64,000 bases of DNA from an uncultured Chloroflexia bacterium (lineage in GTDB: Bacteria; Chloroflexota; Limnocylindria; Limnocylindrales; CSP1-4), in assembly GCA_963828165.1 (NCBI GenBank), contig CAWHDR010000001.1, forward strand, positions 1,056,001-1,120,000, given 5' to 3'. Under the pieces are notes generated by a model. The model saw only the letters and a list, made by a program, of their open reading frames with translations, did no database searches and was not told the origin of the DNA. How positions within the stretch are numbered: position 1 is the stretch's first letter; the number at the start of each line of letters is the position of its first letter. This document shows positions 10,620 to 21,666 of the stretch, piece by piece. A program made the translations under genes and the position numbers.

Positions 10620-12010
10620 ATGGACAACGACCGGACCCCGACCGAACCGACCACCGACCACGAGCCGCCGAACGTGACCTCCCTCACGCCCGGTCCCTCC
10701 CAGGCTCCGACGTCAACGGCGGCCGGCCAGGGAGGCCGAGCGGTGCTCATCGGCGCGATCGTCGGGCTCGCGTTGGTCGTGACGTTCAGCGCCGGGATCG
10801 GGGTCGGTCGGTTGGTGACGCCTCTGGGCGCCGCCACGGGCACGACCTCGAACCCTGCGTCCGGACCCGCCGCGTCGGCGCCGACCGAGTTCGGCCTGAT
10901 CAAGGAGGCGTGGGACACGATCCATCAGCAGTACGTCGCGAGGGACGAGCTCGACGACAAGGAGCTCATCTACGGCGCCATCGAGGGGTTGACCGAGGCG
11001 GTCGGGGACACCGGCCACACCGACTTCATGACGCCCGAGGAACGAGAGGAGCGCAACGACGCGCTGTCCGGGCTCGTACGTCGGGATCGGTGTCCGGATC
11101 GACGAGACCGATGAGGGCCTGCCGCGGGTCACCTCGGTCTTCCAGGGCAGCCCGGCCGAGGCGGCCGGGCTCAAGCCGGACGACGTGATCGTGGAGGTCG
11201 ACGGCAAGACGACCGTCGAGCACTCGATCGACGAGGTCGCGGGATGGGTTCGGGGAGAGGCCGGCACGACCGTCGAGCTGACGGTCCGGCGGTCCGGCGG
11301 TCCGGACCAGACCGTGTCCATCGTCCGGGCTGACGTGCCGATCGAGCCCGTGACCTGGGCGCTCGTCCCGGGCTCCAGGACCGCGCTCATCCGCCTCGAG
11401 CAGTTCTCGGTCGGCGCGGCCGACGACATGGTCAAGGCGCTCGAGGACGCCCGGGCGGCAGGTGCCGACCGGATCGTCCTGGACCTCCGCGGCAATCCGG
11501 GCGGCTACGTCAACGAGGCCGTCGGGGTCGCCAGCCAGTTCCTGTCGAGCGGCCTCGTGTACATCGAGCGCAACGCGGCAGGCGATCGCGAGGAGCACGC
11601 GGTCGCCCCGGACGGGGTCGCGACGGACCTGCCGGTCGTGGTCGTCGTCGATGGCGACCACCGCCAGCTCCTCGGAGATCGTGTCGGGCGCCCTGCAGGA
11701 TGCTGGGCGCGCGAAGATCGTCGGCGAGACGACGTTCGGGACCGGCACCGTGCTTGGCGAGTACACGCTCTCGGACGGCTCGGCGCTGCGGATCGGGACC
11801 GTCGAGTGGCTGACCCCCGACGGCCGCCGGATCTGGCACGAGGGCATCGCGCCGGACGTGCCGGTCACGTTGCCTGATGGCGTCGTGCCGCTCACCCCGG
11901 ACGACGTGCGGAATCTCAGTCCCGCCCAGATCGACGGGACACAGGACGCCCAGCTGGCGAAGGCGCTGGAGGCCGTCACGACCGAGTCCGTCGCGGGCGA
12001 CGCGCCCTGA
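10620..12010 (+). CDS. ctpA: S41 carboxyl-terminal processing protease with PDZ domain (two frameshifts)
   Basis: GSPAEAAGLKP, LDLRGNPGG, TASSSEIVSGALQD, GETTFGTG. Confidence 0.85.
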
Positions 12011-12023
12011 CCCGACCAGGGCG

Positions 12024-13295
12024 TCACGCGGCACCCGGCTCGACCGATGCGCCCTCGGCGATCGTGCCCGGCACCGGCTCACCCGACGGCGGACGACGGA
12101 TCGCCATCGCCGCGAACCCGGCGAGGATCGCGATCCAGCCCGCCGCCACGAACGCCGGGGCGTAGTCGCCGACGCTCTCGCGAACGATGCCCGCGACCCA
12201 GGCCGCGATGGCGGCACCGAGCATATGCGCGGCGAAGACCCAGCCGTACACGATCCCGACGTTGTGCCGGCCGAATCGATCGGCCACGAGGGCGACGGTC
12301 GGTGGCACGGTAGCGATGTAGTCGAGCCCGAAGAGGACCGCGAACGCCGCGATCGACACGGTGTCGTGGATGAACGGCAGGAACAGCAGGCTCACGCCGC
12401 GGAAGCCGTAGTAGACGAGCAGCAGGCGGCGCGGATCGATCCGATCGGTCAGCCAGCCGCTGGCGATCGTGCCGATGAAGTTGAAGAGGCCCATCACCGC
12501 CAGCGCACCGGAGGCGGCCACGGCCGTGAACCCGTGGTCGACCGCATGTGGGATGAAGTGCTGGCCGACCAGGCCGTTCGACGTGGCGCCGCAGATGAAG
12601 AACGTGCCGGCGAGGAACCAGAAGTCGGACGTCCGGACGGCGCGACGCATCACGCCGGGATCGCCACGGCGGGTCGGGGCGATCGCCCCCTCGGTCACAC
12701 CCAGCGGTCGCGCCCCGACGTCCGCGGGATCCTCGCGGACCCACAGGAGGACTGGCACGATCAGCAGGAGTGCCAGCACGCCGAGGACCACGGCCCCCGG
12801 CCGCCAGCCCGCGGTCACCGCCAGCGCGGTCAGCAACGGGAAGAAGATCAGCTGCCCGGTGCTCGTGCTCGCGCCCAGGATCCCGGTGACGAGGCCGCGG
12901 TGCTTGACGAACCAGCGTGTGGCGACCGTGGGGCCAAGGACGCTGGCCACCAGCCCGGTGCCGAGACCCGAGAGCAGCCCGAACAGCAGGGTCAACTGCC
13001 AGATCTCGCGGACCAGGCTGGTCGCGATGAGCGCGATGCCGGTCACGATCAGGCTGATCAGCACCACGGAGCGGACCCCGACTCGGGCCATGAGCCATCC
13101 GCTCAAGGGGCCCGACAGTCCGAAGACGACGAGACCGGCCGCCGCGGCGAATGACACCGATGCCGTGGACCAGCCGGGCTCCTCGGTCATCGTCAGGAGG
13201 AATGCCCCGGGCGCCGAACGCACCCCGGCCGTGACCAGCACGACCACGGCCGTGACGGCGACCACGACCCAGCCGTAGAAGAACGCCCGTCGCAT
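12024..13295 (-). CDS. MFS transporter
   Basis: About 12 TM helices; RWFVKHRGLVTG, GWLTDRIDPR. Confidence 0.9.
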   Translation of the reverse strand: MRRAFFYGWVVVAVTAVVVLVTAGVRSAPGAFLLTMTEEPGWSTASVSFAAAAGLVVFGLSGPLSGWLMARVGVRSVVLISLIVTGIALIATSLVREIWQLTLLFGLLSGLGTGLVASVLGPTVATRWFVKHRGLVTGILGASTSTGQLIFFPLLTALAVTAGWRPGAVVLGVLALLLIVPVLLWVREDPADVGARPLGVTEGAIAPTRRGDPGVMRRAVRTSDFWFLAGTFFICGATSNGLVGQHFIPHAVDHGFTAVAASGALAVMGLFNFIGTIASGWLTDRIDPRRLLLVYYGFRGVSLLFLPFIHDTVSIAAFAVLFGLDYIATVPPTVALVADRFGRHNVGIVYGWVFAAHMLGAAIAAWVAGIVRESVGDYAPAFVAAGWIAILAGFAAMAIRRPPSGEPVPGTIAEGASVEPGAA

Positions 13296-13523
13296 CAGCG
13301 GATGCTACCGGTCAGCCTGTTCCGAGCGGTGCCCGCCATTCACCACCGCTGAACATCTGCGCATCCCAGGCTCCACTTCGGAGCCGCCCGTGCCTGTCCA
13401 AGGGAGTTTGTTCGCTACTGGTGAATGGATCGTCATGATGGCGACGTACCCTGGGCGGTCAGCGACCTTGGGCCTGCATTCGTTCACCCTCGGTGAATCT
13501 GGCCGAGGCGTTCCGTAGCCCGG

Positions 13524-15113
13524 TTAGAGGAGCTCCCCGTGGGCAGCCGCGGTGGGTTCGCCCTCGCGTGGGCGTGGCTCTTCGCCGGGGCCGTACTCGG
13601 TCGCCGCGGCGTTCGCCTCGCCCCCCGGATCCGCGATCTCGCCGGCCTCGATCACGCGCAGCGGCGCCCCGGCCTGGCCCTCGAGTGCGCCGACGCCGAA
13701 CGGCACCCATTTCGAGGGGTCCTGGAGGCGGTGGGCCTCGGTGTTGCCGCGCTGGTGGACCTCATCGAATCCCTTTGGCTCGATCCACATGCGCTCACCC
13801 TCGAGCAGTCCCAGGACGCCCGACTGGCCGGGCTCCGGGCGCTCGTGCTGGCAGTACGCGCAGGCCGCCGAATCGTGCTTTCGATAGTTCTCCGGCTCTT
13901 CGTACGTCGTGATGTAGCCCTCGTAGTTGCGCAGCACCACCTTGTGATCCGAGTACGAGATCAGGTAGTTGGGCATGACCGGGATCTTGCCGCCGCCGCC
14001 GGGCGCATCGATCACGTAGGTCGGCACGGCGTAGCCCGATGTATGGCCGCGCAGGCCTTCCATGATCTCGAGCCCCTTGCCGACGGGCGTCCGGAAGTGC
14101 CCGGAGCCTTCGACGAGGTCGCATTGGTACAGGTAGTACGGCCGGATCCGGTTGGCGACGAGCTTGTGGACGAGCGAGCGCTGGATGTGGACGCAGTCGT
14201 TGACGCCGGCCAGCAGCACGCTCTGGTTGCCCACGGGCAGCCCGGCCCTGGTCAGCTTGTCGACCGCGCGCGAGACCTCCGGGGTGATCTCGTTCGGGTG
14301 GTTGAAGTGCAGGTTGATCCAGAGTGGGTGGTACTTCTCCAGGACCTCACACAGCTCGTCGTCGATGCGCTGTGGCAGGAACACCGGCACCCGCGACCCG
14401 ATCCGGATGATCTCGATGTGCGGGATCTCGCGCAGGCCGCGCAGGATCTTCTCGAACAGCTTCGGCGCGAGGGTCAGGCCGTCGCCGCCCGAGATCAGGA
14501 CGTCGCGAACCTGCGGGGTGCGGCGAAGGTATTCGAGCTGCGCCTCGTGATCACGGCTGTTGAAGTTCTGGGTGGGGTCGCCCACGATCCGCGACCGGGT
14601 GCAGTACCGGCAGTACGAGGCGCACTGCGTCGTCACGAGCATCAACACCCGGTCTGGATACCGGTGGACGAGCCCGGGCACCGGCGAGTGGCGGTCCTCG
14701 GCGAGCGAGTCCTCCATCATCGCGGTGAAGGCCTCGTGCTCCGAGCCGATCGGGATGACCTGGCGCCGGATCGGGTCGTCGGGGTCGTCCGGGTCGATGA
14801 GCGAGATGAAATACGGCGTGATGTCGACGCGGAACTTGTCCGGCGCCGAGAGGCCCTCGCGCTCTTCCTCGGTGAGGTTGAGGATCTGCCCGACCTCCTC
14901 GAGGTCGTTGACGCGGTGCGAAAGCTGCCAGCGCCAGTCGTTCCACTGCGCGTCGGGCACGTCCTCGTAGATCGGGGCGCGCCGGCTGACGGCGGGGCGG
15001 CCGTCCGGACCCAGCACCCGCGCAGGGTCGGACAGGTTCACGAACGGCGCCTCCGCCGCGGCGCGGGCCGTTGCCTGGTGCGCGACGGCGGTCTTGATCT
15101 CCTGGGCGTCCAC
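13524..15113 (-). CDS. kamA: Lysine 2,3-aminomutase (radical SAM)
   Basis: HRYPDRV, CASYCRYCTR, PYYLYQCD, GHTSGYAVPTYVIDAPGGGGKIP. Confidence 0.93.
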   Translation of the reverse strand: MDAQEIKTAVAHQATARAAAEAPFVNLSDPARVLGPDGRPAVSRRAPIYEDVPDAQWNDWRWQLSHRVNDLEEVGQILNLTEEEREGLSAPDKFRVDITPYFISLIDPDDPDDPIRRQVIPIGSEHEAFTAMMEDSLAEDRHSPVPGLVHRYPDRVLMLVTTQCASYCRYCTRSRIVGDPTQNFNSRDHEAQLEYLRRTPQVRDVLISGGDGLTLAPKLFEKILRGLREIPHIEIIRIGSRVPVFLPQRIDDELCEVLEKYHPLWINLHFNHPNEITPEVSRAVDKLTRAGLPVGNQSVLLAGVNDCVHIQRSLVHKLVANRIRPYYLYQCDLVEGSGHFRTPVGKGLEIMEGLRGHTSGYAVPTYVIDAPGGGGKIPVMPNYLISYSDHKVVLRNYEGYITTYEEPENYRKHDSAACAYCQHERPEPGQSGVLGLLEGERMWIEPKGFDEVHQRGNTEAHRLQDPSKWVPFGVGALEGQAGAPLRVIEAGEIADPGGEANAAATEYGPGEEPRPREGEPTAAAHGELL

Positions 15114-15232
15114 GCGGGCGACCTCCGGGTTCGGTCTCGGCTACGACGGTTCTGGATGCATAGAAAGTATGCAGCCTGCAAGTCGACGGATGATAGCCGA
15201 GGACCGTTGGACGGGTCCAGAGGCCGGATGTC

Positions 15233-16195
15233 CTACTCGAATCGGTGTTCAAGCACCTCGCCCGTTCGAGCGTCGAGCGTCACCATGCCCAAGAATCCCG
15301 CCGGGCTTTCGCGGAAGAGGCCGATCGCCCACGTGCCGGCGTCCGGGTCCAACGTGTGTGTCGAATTGATCCAGGTCCCCTCGGGGGCTCGATGCAACCA
15401 AGCGGAGAACCGTTGGTCCGCAAGCGTGGCGTCGATGGCCTCGGCGGGCGTCAGGAACTCGAACGGCGTTCCGCCGGCGATCCAACTGTCGAGGCTGACC
15501 TCCACGGGGTCGCTTTCGTGATCGATGACGCGCGGGAACGAGGCGGTGATCCGGACCGGGCCGTTCGGTGCTGGGAGGTCGCCGAGGCCGCCATCCCACC
15601 GAGCTCGGTGGACGAGGCGCTCACCAGCGGCCAGGTCATGCATCAGGCCAAGATCCGCGCAGCCGACATCGCGGCCGATGTGGTCGGCGGGCGTGAAGCC
15701 GATGAGCAGATATGCCTGACCGGCGTGCCCCACGGGTTCAAGGGCAAACGACTTGAACCGTTCGGCCAGTCCGGCTTGATCGGCACCGCCCAACCAACCA
15801 CCGCCCAGGACACCGAGGACGGTGGCGACGTTGGCACAGCCGTCGGTCATCCAATCGACGGGGACGTCAGTCGTGTTGCGGACCGTCACCGTTACCCATG
15901 TCGGCGTACCGGCTTCGAGTGGATTCCGGTCGAGCACCAGATGGATTTCGATTCCATCGACGTTGGCGGTGGCCTCCGCGGTGAGTACGGGGGGTGTGGG
16001 GACGGCCGACGAAGTGGCAACGGGCGAAAGAGACGGAGATGCCCGGGGCGTCGGATCAAGCCCCGTTGCCGCAGTGGCCAGCGACTGACCAGGACCGGCA
16101 AGCCAGCTCGCGGACGGTCCAGGGCCCGCGCAGCCCGCGAGGAGCGCGATCGCGCTCGATAGGGCGAGTGCCCGCAGCGGGCTGCGAACCGTCAT
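15233..16195 (-). CDS. Putative lipoprotein
   Basis: LLAGC lipobox; Ig-like middle; DARTGEVL PepSY-like end. Confidence 0.6.
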   Translation of the reverse strand: MTVRSPLRALALSSAIALLAGCAGPGPSASWLAGPGQSLATAATGLDPTPRASPSLSPVATSSAVPTPPVLTAEATANVDGIEIHLVLDRNPLEAGTPTWVTVTVRNTTDVPVDWMTDGCANVATVLGVLGGGWLGGADQAGLAERFKSFALEPVGHAGQAYLLIGFTPADHIGRDVGCADLGLMHDLAAGERLVHRARWDGGLGDLPAPNGPVRITASFPRVIDHESDPVEVSLDSWIAGGTPFEFLTPAEAIDATLADQRFSAWLHRAPEGTWINSTHTLDPDAGTWAIGLFRESPAGFLGMVTLDARTGEVLEHRFE

Positions 16196-16312
16196 GGGCC
16201 GTCCTCCGTCCAGTCAGAGGACGGCCGACAGGATCGGCAGGTGACGGGCGACGCCGGGAATCGAATGACCCCGGCGGTGACCGGGGCCTTCAAGGTGTCG
16301 GCATCGGAGCGG

Positions 16313-16633
16313 CTACTCCCCGATCACCGCCCAGAGGAAGCCCATCATGATGAAGAACCCGCTGAACATCATGATCAGCCCGAGCGCACCGTACGGGGTG
16401 CTGGCGCCGCTGTGCGGAACGAGCTGCAGCCCGATCCCGAAGACCACGGCCCAGGCGATGAACAGGAACGTGAAGAGGAACTTCGCGTTCGGGTTCGTGA
16501 TCCTGCGGACCCACCCGGCGCCGCCCTCGGACGAGAGCGCGGCCTTGAGCATGATCCCGATCATCGCGGTGACGACGACGACACTGATGCCGAACGGGAT
16601 GGGCTGCTGGAAGGCGACGAGGAACAGCTGCAT
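16313..16633 (-). CDS. Small membrane protein (3 TM)
   Basis: Hydrophobic ORF; leaderless-type -10 TAGCAT upstream. Confidence 0.65.
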   Translation of the reverse strand: MQLFLVAFQQPIPFGISVVVVTAMIGIMLKAALSSEGGAGWVRRITNPNAKFLFTFLFIAWAVVFGIGLQLVPHSGASTPYGALGLIMMFSGFFIMMGFLWAVIGE

Positions 16634-16704
16634 CGTCCCGGATGCTAGCAGATGACCGGCCGCCCACGACGGCCGCCCCGGCCCGTCACGACTACGATGG
16701 CGAC

Positions 16705-18984
16705 GTGACCCCTTTCGATCGCCTCGGCCGTTTCGTCGTGCGTCGCGCGCGCCTGGTCATCGGGGCGTGGGCCGTGCTGATCGCGGTGGCGTTGCCGCTC
16801 GCCCCACAGGCGCCGGGCGCGCTCAGCGCGGGTGGCTTCATCAGCGACGACCTCGAGTCGGCCCGAGCGAAGTCCATCCTCGAAGCCGAGCTCGGGACGC
16901 CGCCGTCGGCGCTCGTCGTCGTCTTCTCGAGCCCGGATCTCGAGGCGGGCACCCCGCCCTTCGAGCTGGCCGCGGCGGCGGCCATGCGCGACATCCCCGA
17001 CGCGCAGCACGTGGCAGGTGTCGTCTCCCACCTGCTCCAGCCGCGCCAGGTGTCGGCCGATCGCCACACCGCCTACGACATCGTCCTGCTCGACCTCCCA
17101 CCGGACGACTCCCCGAAGGCCCTGCCGATCCTGCGCTCGACCCTGCGCGAAGCGCCGAACCTGACCGTCGAACTCGCGGGGGGCCCGGCCTTCTACGGCG
17201 ATGTCCAGACGGTCAGCGAGCAGGACCTCCAACGCAGCGAGCTCATCTCGCTGCCGCTGGCGGCGCTCGCGCTCCTGCTGGTCTTCGGGTCCCTCGTGGC
17301 GGCTGGCGTCCCGCTCGTGGTCGGCGGGGCGAGCGTCCTCGTGGCACTGGCCGGTGTCTTCCTGATCGCGTCGGTGATGCCGATGAGCATCTTCGTGCTC
17401 AACCTCGCCACCCTCCTGGGTCTGGGTCTCGGTGTGGACTACTCCCTGCTCATGACCAGCCGCTACCGTGAGGAGCTGGCCAGACACCCCGCGGCGACCG
17501 AAGCGGACGTCGCGGACGCCGTCCGCATCACCGTCGCGACCGCCGGCCGCGCGGTGTTCTTCAGCGGATTGACCGTCCTGCTGGGGCTGCTCGGCCTCGT
17601 GCTCTTCGATTTCATGATCCTGCGCAGCGTCGGGATCGCCGGGGCGCTCGTCGTCGCGCTGGCGGTCGTCGCGGCGCTCACGCTGCTGCCGGCGGTCCTC
17701 ACGGTGATCGGCCCGCGGCTCGATCGGTTCGCGGTTCGACGCGTCTCGACGTCGCCCGAAGGTGATGGCTCGTGGGCCCGTCTCGCCCGCTGGGTCATGC
17801 GCCGGCCGATCGCGGTCCTCATCCCGACGCTGGCCGTCCTGCTCCTGCTGGGCGCCCCGTTCCTGCACGTCCGGTTCAACGCCCCGGACGCCAGCATCCT
17901 GCCGCCGGGCGTTCCGTCACGCGCCGCGTTCGATCGCCTCCAGAAGGAGTTCGGGGAAGGCGCCTTCGCGCCGATCACTGTCGCGATCCGGACCGACGGC
18001 GACGCGACGCGTCCCGATAACGTCGCCCGGCTGTACGAGTATTCGCGCCGGATCGCGGATGACTTCCGCGTCCGCCGGATCGACAGCCTCGTCGACGTCG
18101 AGCCCCGGCTGACGCTCGAGCAGTACCAGCTGCTCTACAGCGACCCGAATGGCCCGCGCGATCGGTTCATCGCCACCGTCCTGGCTGCATCGACCCGGGG
18201 CGACCTGACCGCGTTCACCCTCACCACGCCGTATGGCCCCAACCGCGCCGAAGGGCGGGCGCTCGTCGCCGACCTGCGCGACCCGAACAGCGCGATCGCG
18301 CCACCTCCGGGCTTCACGATCCTTGTCGGCGGAGGCGCCGCGGATGTGGCGGACGTCGTCGACGGCGTCGCCGCGGACTTCCCCCGGACCGCCCTGTTCA
18401 TCATCGTCACGACGTACCTCGTGCTGTTCGCCTTGCTGCGCTCGGTCGTGCTGCCGGCCAAGGCGCTGGTGATGAACACGCTCTCGATCACCGCGAGCTT
18501 CGGCGCGCTCGTCTGGATCTTCCAGGACGGGAACCTGTCGGCGCTCCTCGGCTTCGCGCCGCTCGGGTTCGTGGAGACCACCCAGCCCGTGATCCTGTTC
18601 TGCGTCCTGTTCGGGCTCTCGATGGACTACGAGGTCTTCCTGCTCACTCGCATGAAGGAGGTGTGGGACGCGACCGGCGACAACACGGAGGCGGTCGCGC
18701 GCGGCCTGGAGCGGAGCGGCCGGATCGTCACCTCGGCGGCGCTCATCGTGGTGGTGGTGGCGGCGTCCTTCGTGTTCGCCGACATCGTGCTGATCAAGGC
18801 GCTGGGACTGGGCGTCGCGATCGCGGTGGCCCTGGACGCGACCGTGGTGCGCGCCTTGCTGGTGCCGTCGACGATGCGGTTGCTGGGGAGATGGAACTGG
18901 TGGATGCCGGCATGGCTGGAACGGCTCGTCGGTGGGCGGCTGCCCACGTCGGAGGCCGACGCCGACGCGGCGGCCGTTCGATGA
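16705..18984 (+). CDS. MMPL (RND superfamily) transporter
   Basis: GLGVDYSLLMTSRYREE, FGLSMDYEVFLLTR, DATVVRALLVP. Confidence 0.93.
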   Translation: MTPFDRLGRFVVRRARLVIGAWAVLIAVALPLAPQAPGALSAGGFISDDLESARAKSILEAELGTPPSALVVVFSSPDLEAGTPPFELAAAAAMRDIPDAQHVAGVVSHLLQPRQVSADRHTAYDIVLLDLPPDDSPKALPILRSTLREAPNLTVELAGGPAFYGDVQTVSEQDLQRSELISLPLAALALLLVFGSLVAAGVPLVVGGASVLVALAGVFLIASVMPMSIFVLNLATLLGLGLGVDYSLLMTSRYREELARHPAATEADVADAVRITVATAGRAVFFSGLTVLLGLLGLVLFDFMILRSVGIAGALVVALAVVAALTLLPAVLTVIGPRLDRFAVRRVSTSPEGDGSWARLARWVMRRPIAVLIPTLAVLLLLGAPFLHVRFNAPDASILPPGVPSRAAFDRLQKEFGEGAFAPITVAIRTDGDATRPDNVARLYEYSRRIADDFRVRRIDSLVDVEPRLTLEQYQLLYSDPNGPRDRFIATVLAASTRGDLTAFTLTTPYGPNRAEGRALVADLRDPNSAIAPPPGFTILVGGGAADVADVVDGVAADFPRTALFIIVTTYLVLFALLRSVVLPAKALVMNTLSITASFGALVWIFQDGNLSALLGFAPLGFVETTQPVILFCVLFGLSMDYEVFLLTRMKEVWDATGDNTEAVARGLERSGRIVTSAALIVVVVAASFVFADIVLIKALGLGVAIAVALDATVVRALLVPSTMRLLGRWNWWMPAWLERLVGGRLPTSEADADAAAVR

Positions 18985-20211
18985 AACGCCGGATGGGTCG
19001 ACGCGCTGGTGCCGCGCTGGCGACCCTGTTGGTAGTCGGCGCCTTGACGGGCGGCTGCACCCCCGGCCGACCGATCCTGGCCAACCCGACGGCGCCCCTC
19101 CCCTCATTGGCACCGGCGACGGACGCGCCCGTCCGCGCGGCCGATCCGGTCCCGGTGGTCCTCCCACGCGACGACGGCCCGCACGACCGCCTGTCCGAGT
19201 GGTGGTACTACACGGGCCACCTCGACGCGACGGCCCCGGATGCCACGAAGCGCAAGCTCGGGTTCGAATACGTCATCTTCCGGGCCGAGCGCGGCGGCTT
19301 CCCGACGGCCTGGGCCTCGCACCTGGCCATCACCGACGAGACGGGCGATCGGTTCCTGTACGGCCAGCGGCTCGAGGTCGGTGAGGGTGTCGATCGCTCG
19401 CCGCGTACGACCGATGGAACCCCGACTGGCTTCGACCTGTCCCTCTCCGGCCTCGATCCCACCGATCCGACGACCTTCGACCAGCCGGCTTGGACGATGA
19501 ACGGCTCCGGCGGCACCGACCGGCTCAGCGCGACGCTGGCCCCCCACGAAGCTGCCGCGGCCGGGAGCGCAGGCGGTCTGGCGCTCGAGCTGGAACTCGA
19601 GGCGACCAAGCCAGCGGCATTGCACGACCGCGACGGCTGGATCGACTTCGGTCCGGCCGGCAGCTCGTACTACTACTCCCGGACCGCGATGGACGCCAGC
19701 GGCTCGGTCACGATCGACGGTCGGGAGCTGACGGTGAGCGGCGAGGCCTGGTTCGACCACCAGTGGGGCGACTTCATCAGCGTCGGCGGTGGTGGCTGGG
19801 ACTGGTTCGCGGTCAACCTCGACGACGGCACAGACCTGACCATGTCGCTCGTTCGCGACACCGACGGTTCATATCCGCTGGTCTACGGGACGGTGGTCGA
19901 AGCGGACGGCCGCACCCGCCACCTCGGACGTGACGACTTCCACGTCGAGGTCACCGAGCGCTGGACGAGCCCGGAGACCGGCGCCGACTACCCGGCCGGC
20001 TGGACGCTCACGATCCCAAGCGCCGAGCGATCTGCGCATCGACCTCAGCCCGACCGTCGCGGCACAGGAGCTCGACACGCGTCGGACCACCGGCGTGGTG
20101 TATTGGGAGGGTTCACAGGTCGTCCGCGGCACGCGCTCGGGGGCGCCGATCGGCGGCGAGGCGTACGTGGAGCTGACCGGCTACGCACCGAGCGGGCCGG
20201 CGGGACCGTAG
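18981..20211 (+). CDS. AttH/CrtC-like lipocalin-fold lipoprotein (frameshift near 20025)
   Basis: EWWYYTGHL, SYYYSRT, AWFDHQWG, GWDWF, YWEG. Confidence 0.85.
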
Positions 20212-20267
20212 CGAGTCTGCGGGGCCGCAGCGGGCCGGCGGGGTGTGGCGACTCGCGCTGCCAGGGG

Positions 20268-21066
20268 CTACGGTGCGGTCAGCGGTGGCAGGGTGACGTC
20301 GGCGGAGGCCGCCAGGGTGCGCGAGGCGGCGTCGATGGCGTCGAGACCACCGACGACCCGAAGCATCTTCTCCGCAGCCGCCACGTACGCGCGGCTGCTC
20401 GACAGTGACGATGAGAGCCCCTCATCGGCGATCTTGGCGATGGCCGCGTAGAACGCGACGAAGTCCGCCGAGACGGACTCGGCCCGATCCCATCCGCCGA
20501 CGGTCGGGGCGAGACGCTGACCGACCGTCGCGGTCGAGGCCATCGCACGGAGGATGGGCGCGATCTCGGAGCTCGAAGGCTTCGTGGTCGCGAGCGCATC
20601 AGAAAGACGGCCGGCGTCGGTGACGACGCGCTGGTTGATGAGGGTCGTCTGGCGTAGGGCCGACAGGGCGCTGCTGGGGATGCCCGGGTCGACCGCGGGC
20701 GGCGGAGGTGCGACCACGACCGGCGCCTGGCTCGGCGTGACGGCAGGCGGGGCCGGCTGGATGACGGCCTGGGCGGGCTGCGCCGTCGAGCATGGTCATG
20801 AGCGCGACGAGTCCGGCCCCAAGGGCGAACCCGCCAAGACCGCCCGCGCCGACGAAGACCACCGCGCGAGAAGCCTTCACGCCCGCGATGAGCCGCGTCG
20901 CACACCCCGGGCAGCGACGCGCTCCCGAATCGAGCGGCCTGGAACAGGCCGGGCACGCGACGATGTTCGCGTCCAACTCCCCGATCGGCAGCGACGGTGC
21001 CATTGGCGTGCCGCGGCCGCGACGGCCGATCCGTCCGACTTTGTGGCTTCCGATGTCGAGCGTCAT
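20268..21066 (-). CDS. Hypothetical membrane protein with N-terminal zinc ribbon (frameshift near 20770)
   Basis: CPACSRP...CPGC, a TM segment, then a helical domain in a second frame. Confidence 0.55.
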
Positions 21067-21206
21067 GGGTCTCCCCCCGTGACCTGGCAGCGGGCCGGCC
21101 CCGTGGTGATGAGTTTGGGCCGCTCGCGGGCGATCACCTAGCGGACGAAGGTCCGGTGGTCGAGGGGTACTGCGACCGCCCAGAGCCACGGGTGGACAGG
21201 TCGTAT

Positions 21207-21221
21207 TGATACTGAGTATCA
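21207..21221. promoter_or_regulatory. Fur/Zur-type 7-1-7 operator overlapping the -10 of fur
   Basis: Perfect palindrome TGATACT-G-AGTATCA. Confidence 0.75.
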
Positions 21222-21228
21222 TCACGGC

Positions 21229-21666
21229 GTGGAAACGACCGCCTCTCCCATCGATGCGGCCCTCGGCCAGGCCGGCTATCGCGCAACCGGCGCTCGCCGG
21301 GCCGTCGTCGACCTGATCACCCGACGCGACGGCCACTTCACGGCCGCCGACCTCGTCGACGATGCCCGGAGCCGCGGTCTCCGCATCGGTCGAGCCACCA
21401 TCTTCCGGACGCTGGATGTCCTCGCGGAGCTGCGTGCAGTCGAGCGTCTCGACCTGCCCAGCGGCGACCACGCCTACGTGGCGTGCGAGCCCGCGCACCA
21501 CCACCACGTGGTCTGTTCCCGCTGCGGTCGCAGCAGCGACGCCGACGACGCCGGCTTGCGCGCCGTCGTCCGCGACATCGAGCGGCAGACCGGCTATCGC
21601 ATCGACGAACACCGGCTCGAACTGTTCGGCCAGTGCCCCGATTGTCGTGCTGGAGGATCCGCCTGA
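21229..21666 (+). CDS. Fur family regulator (likely Zur-type)
   Basis: RATIFRTL, HHHHVVCSRCG, CPDC; coupled to a ZIP transporter. Confidence 0.9.
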   Translation: METTASPIDAALGQAGYRATGARRAVVDLITRRDGHFTAADLVDDARSRGLRIGRATIFRTLDVLAELRAVERLDLPSGDHAYVACEPAHHHHVVCSRCGRSSDADDAGLRAVVRDIERQTGYRIDEHRLELFGQCPDCRAGGSA

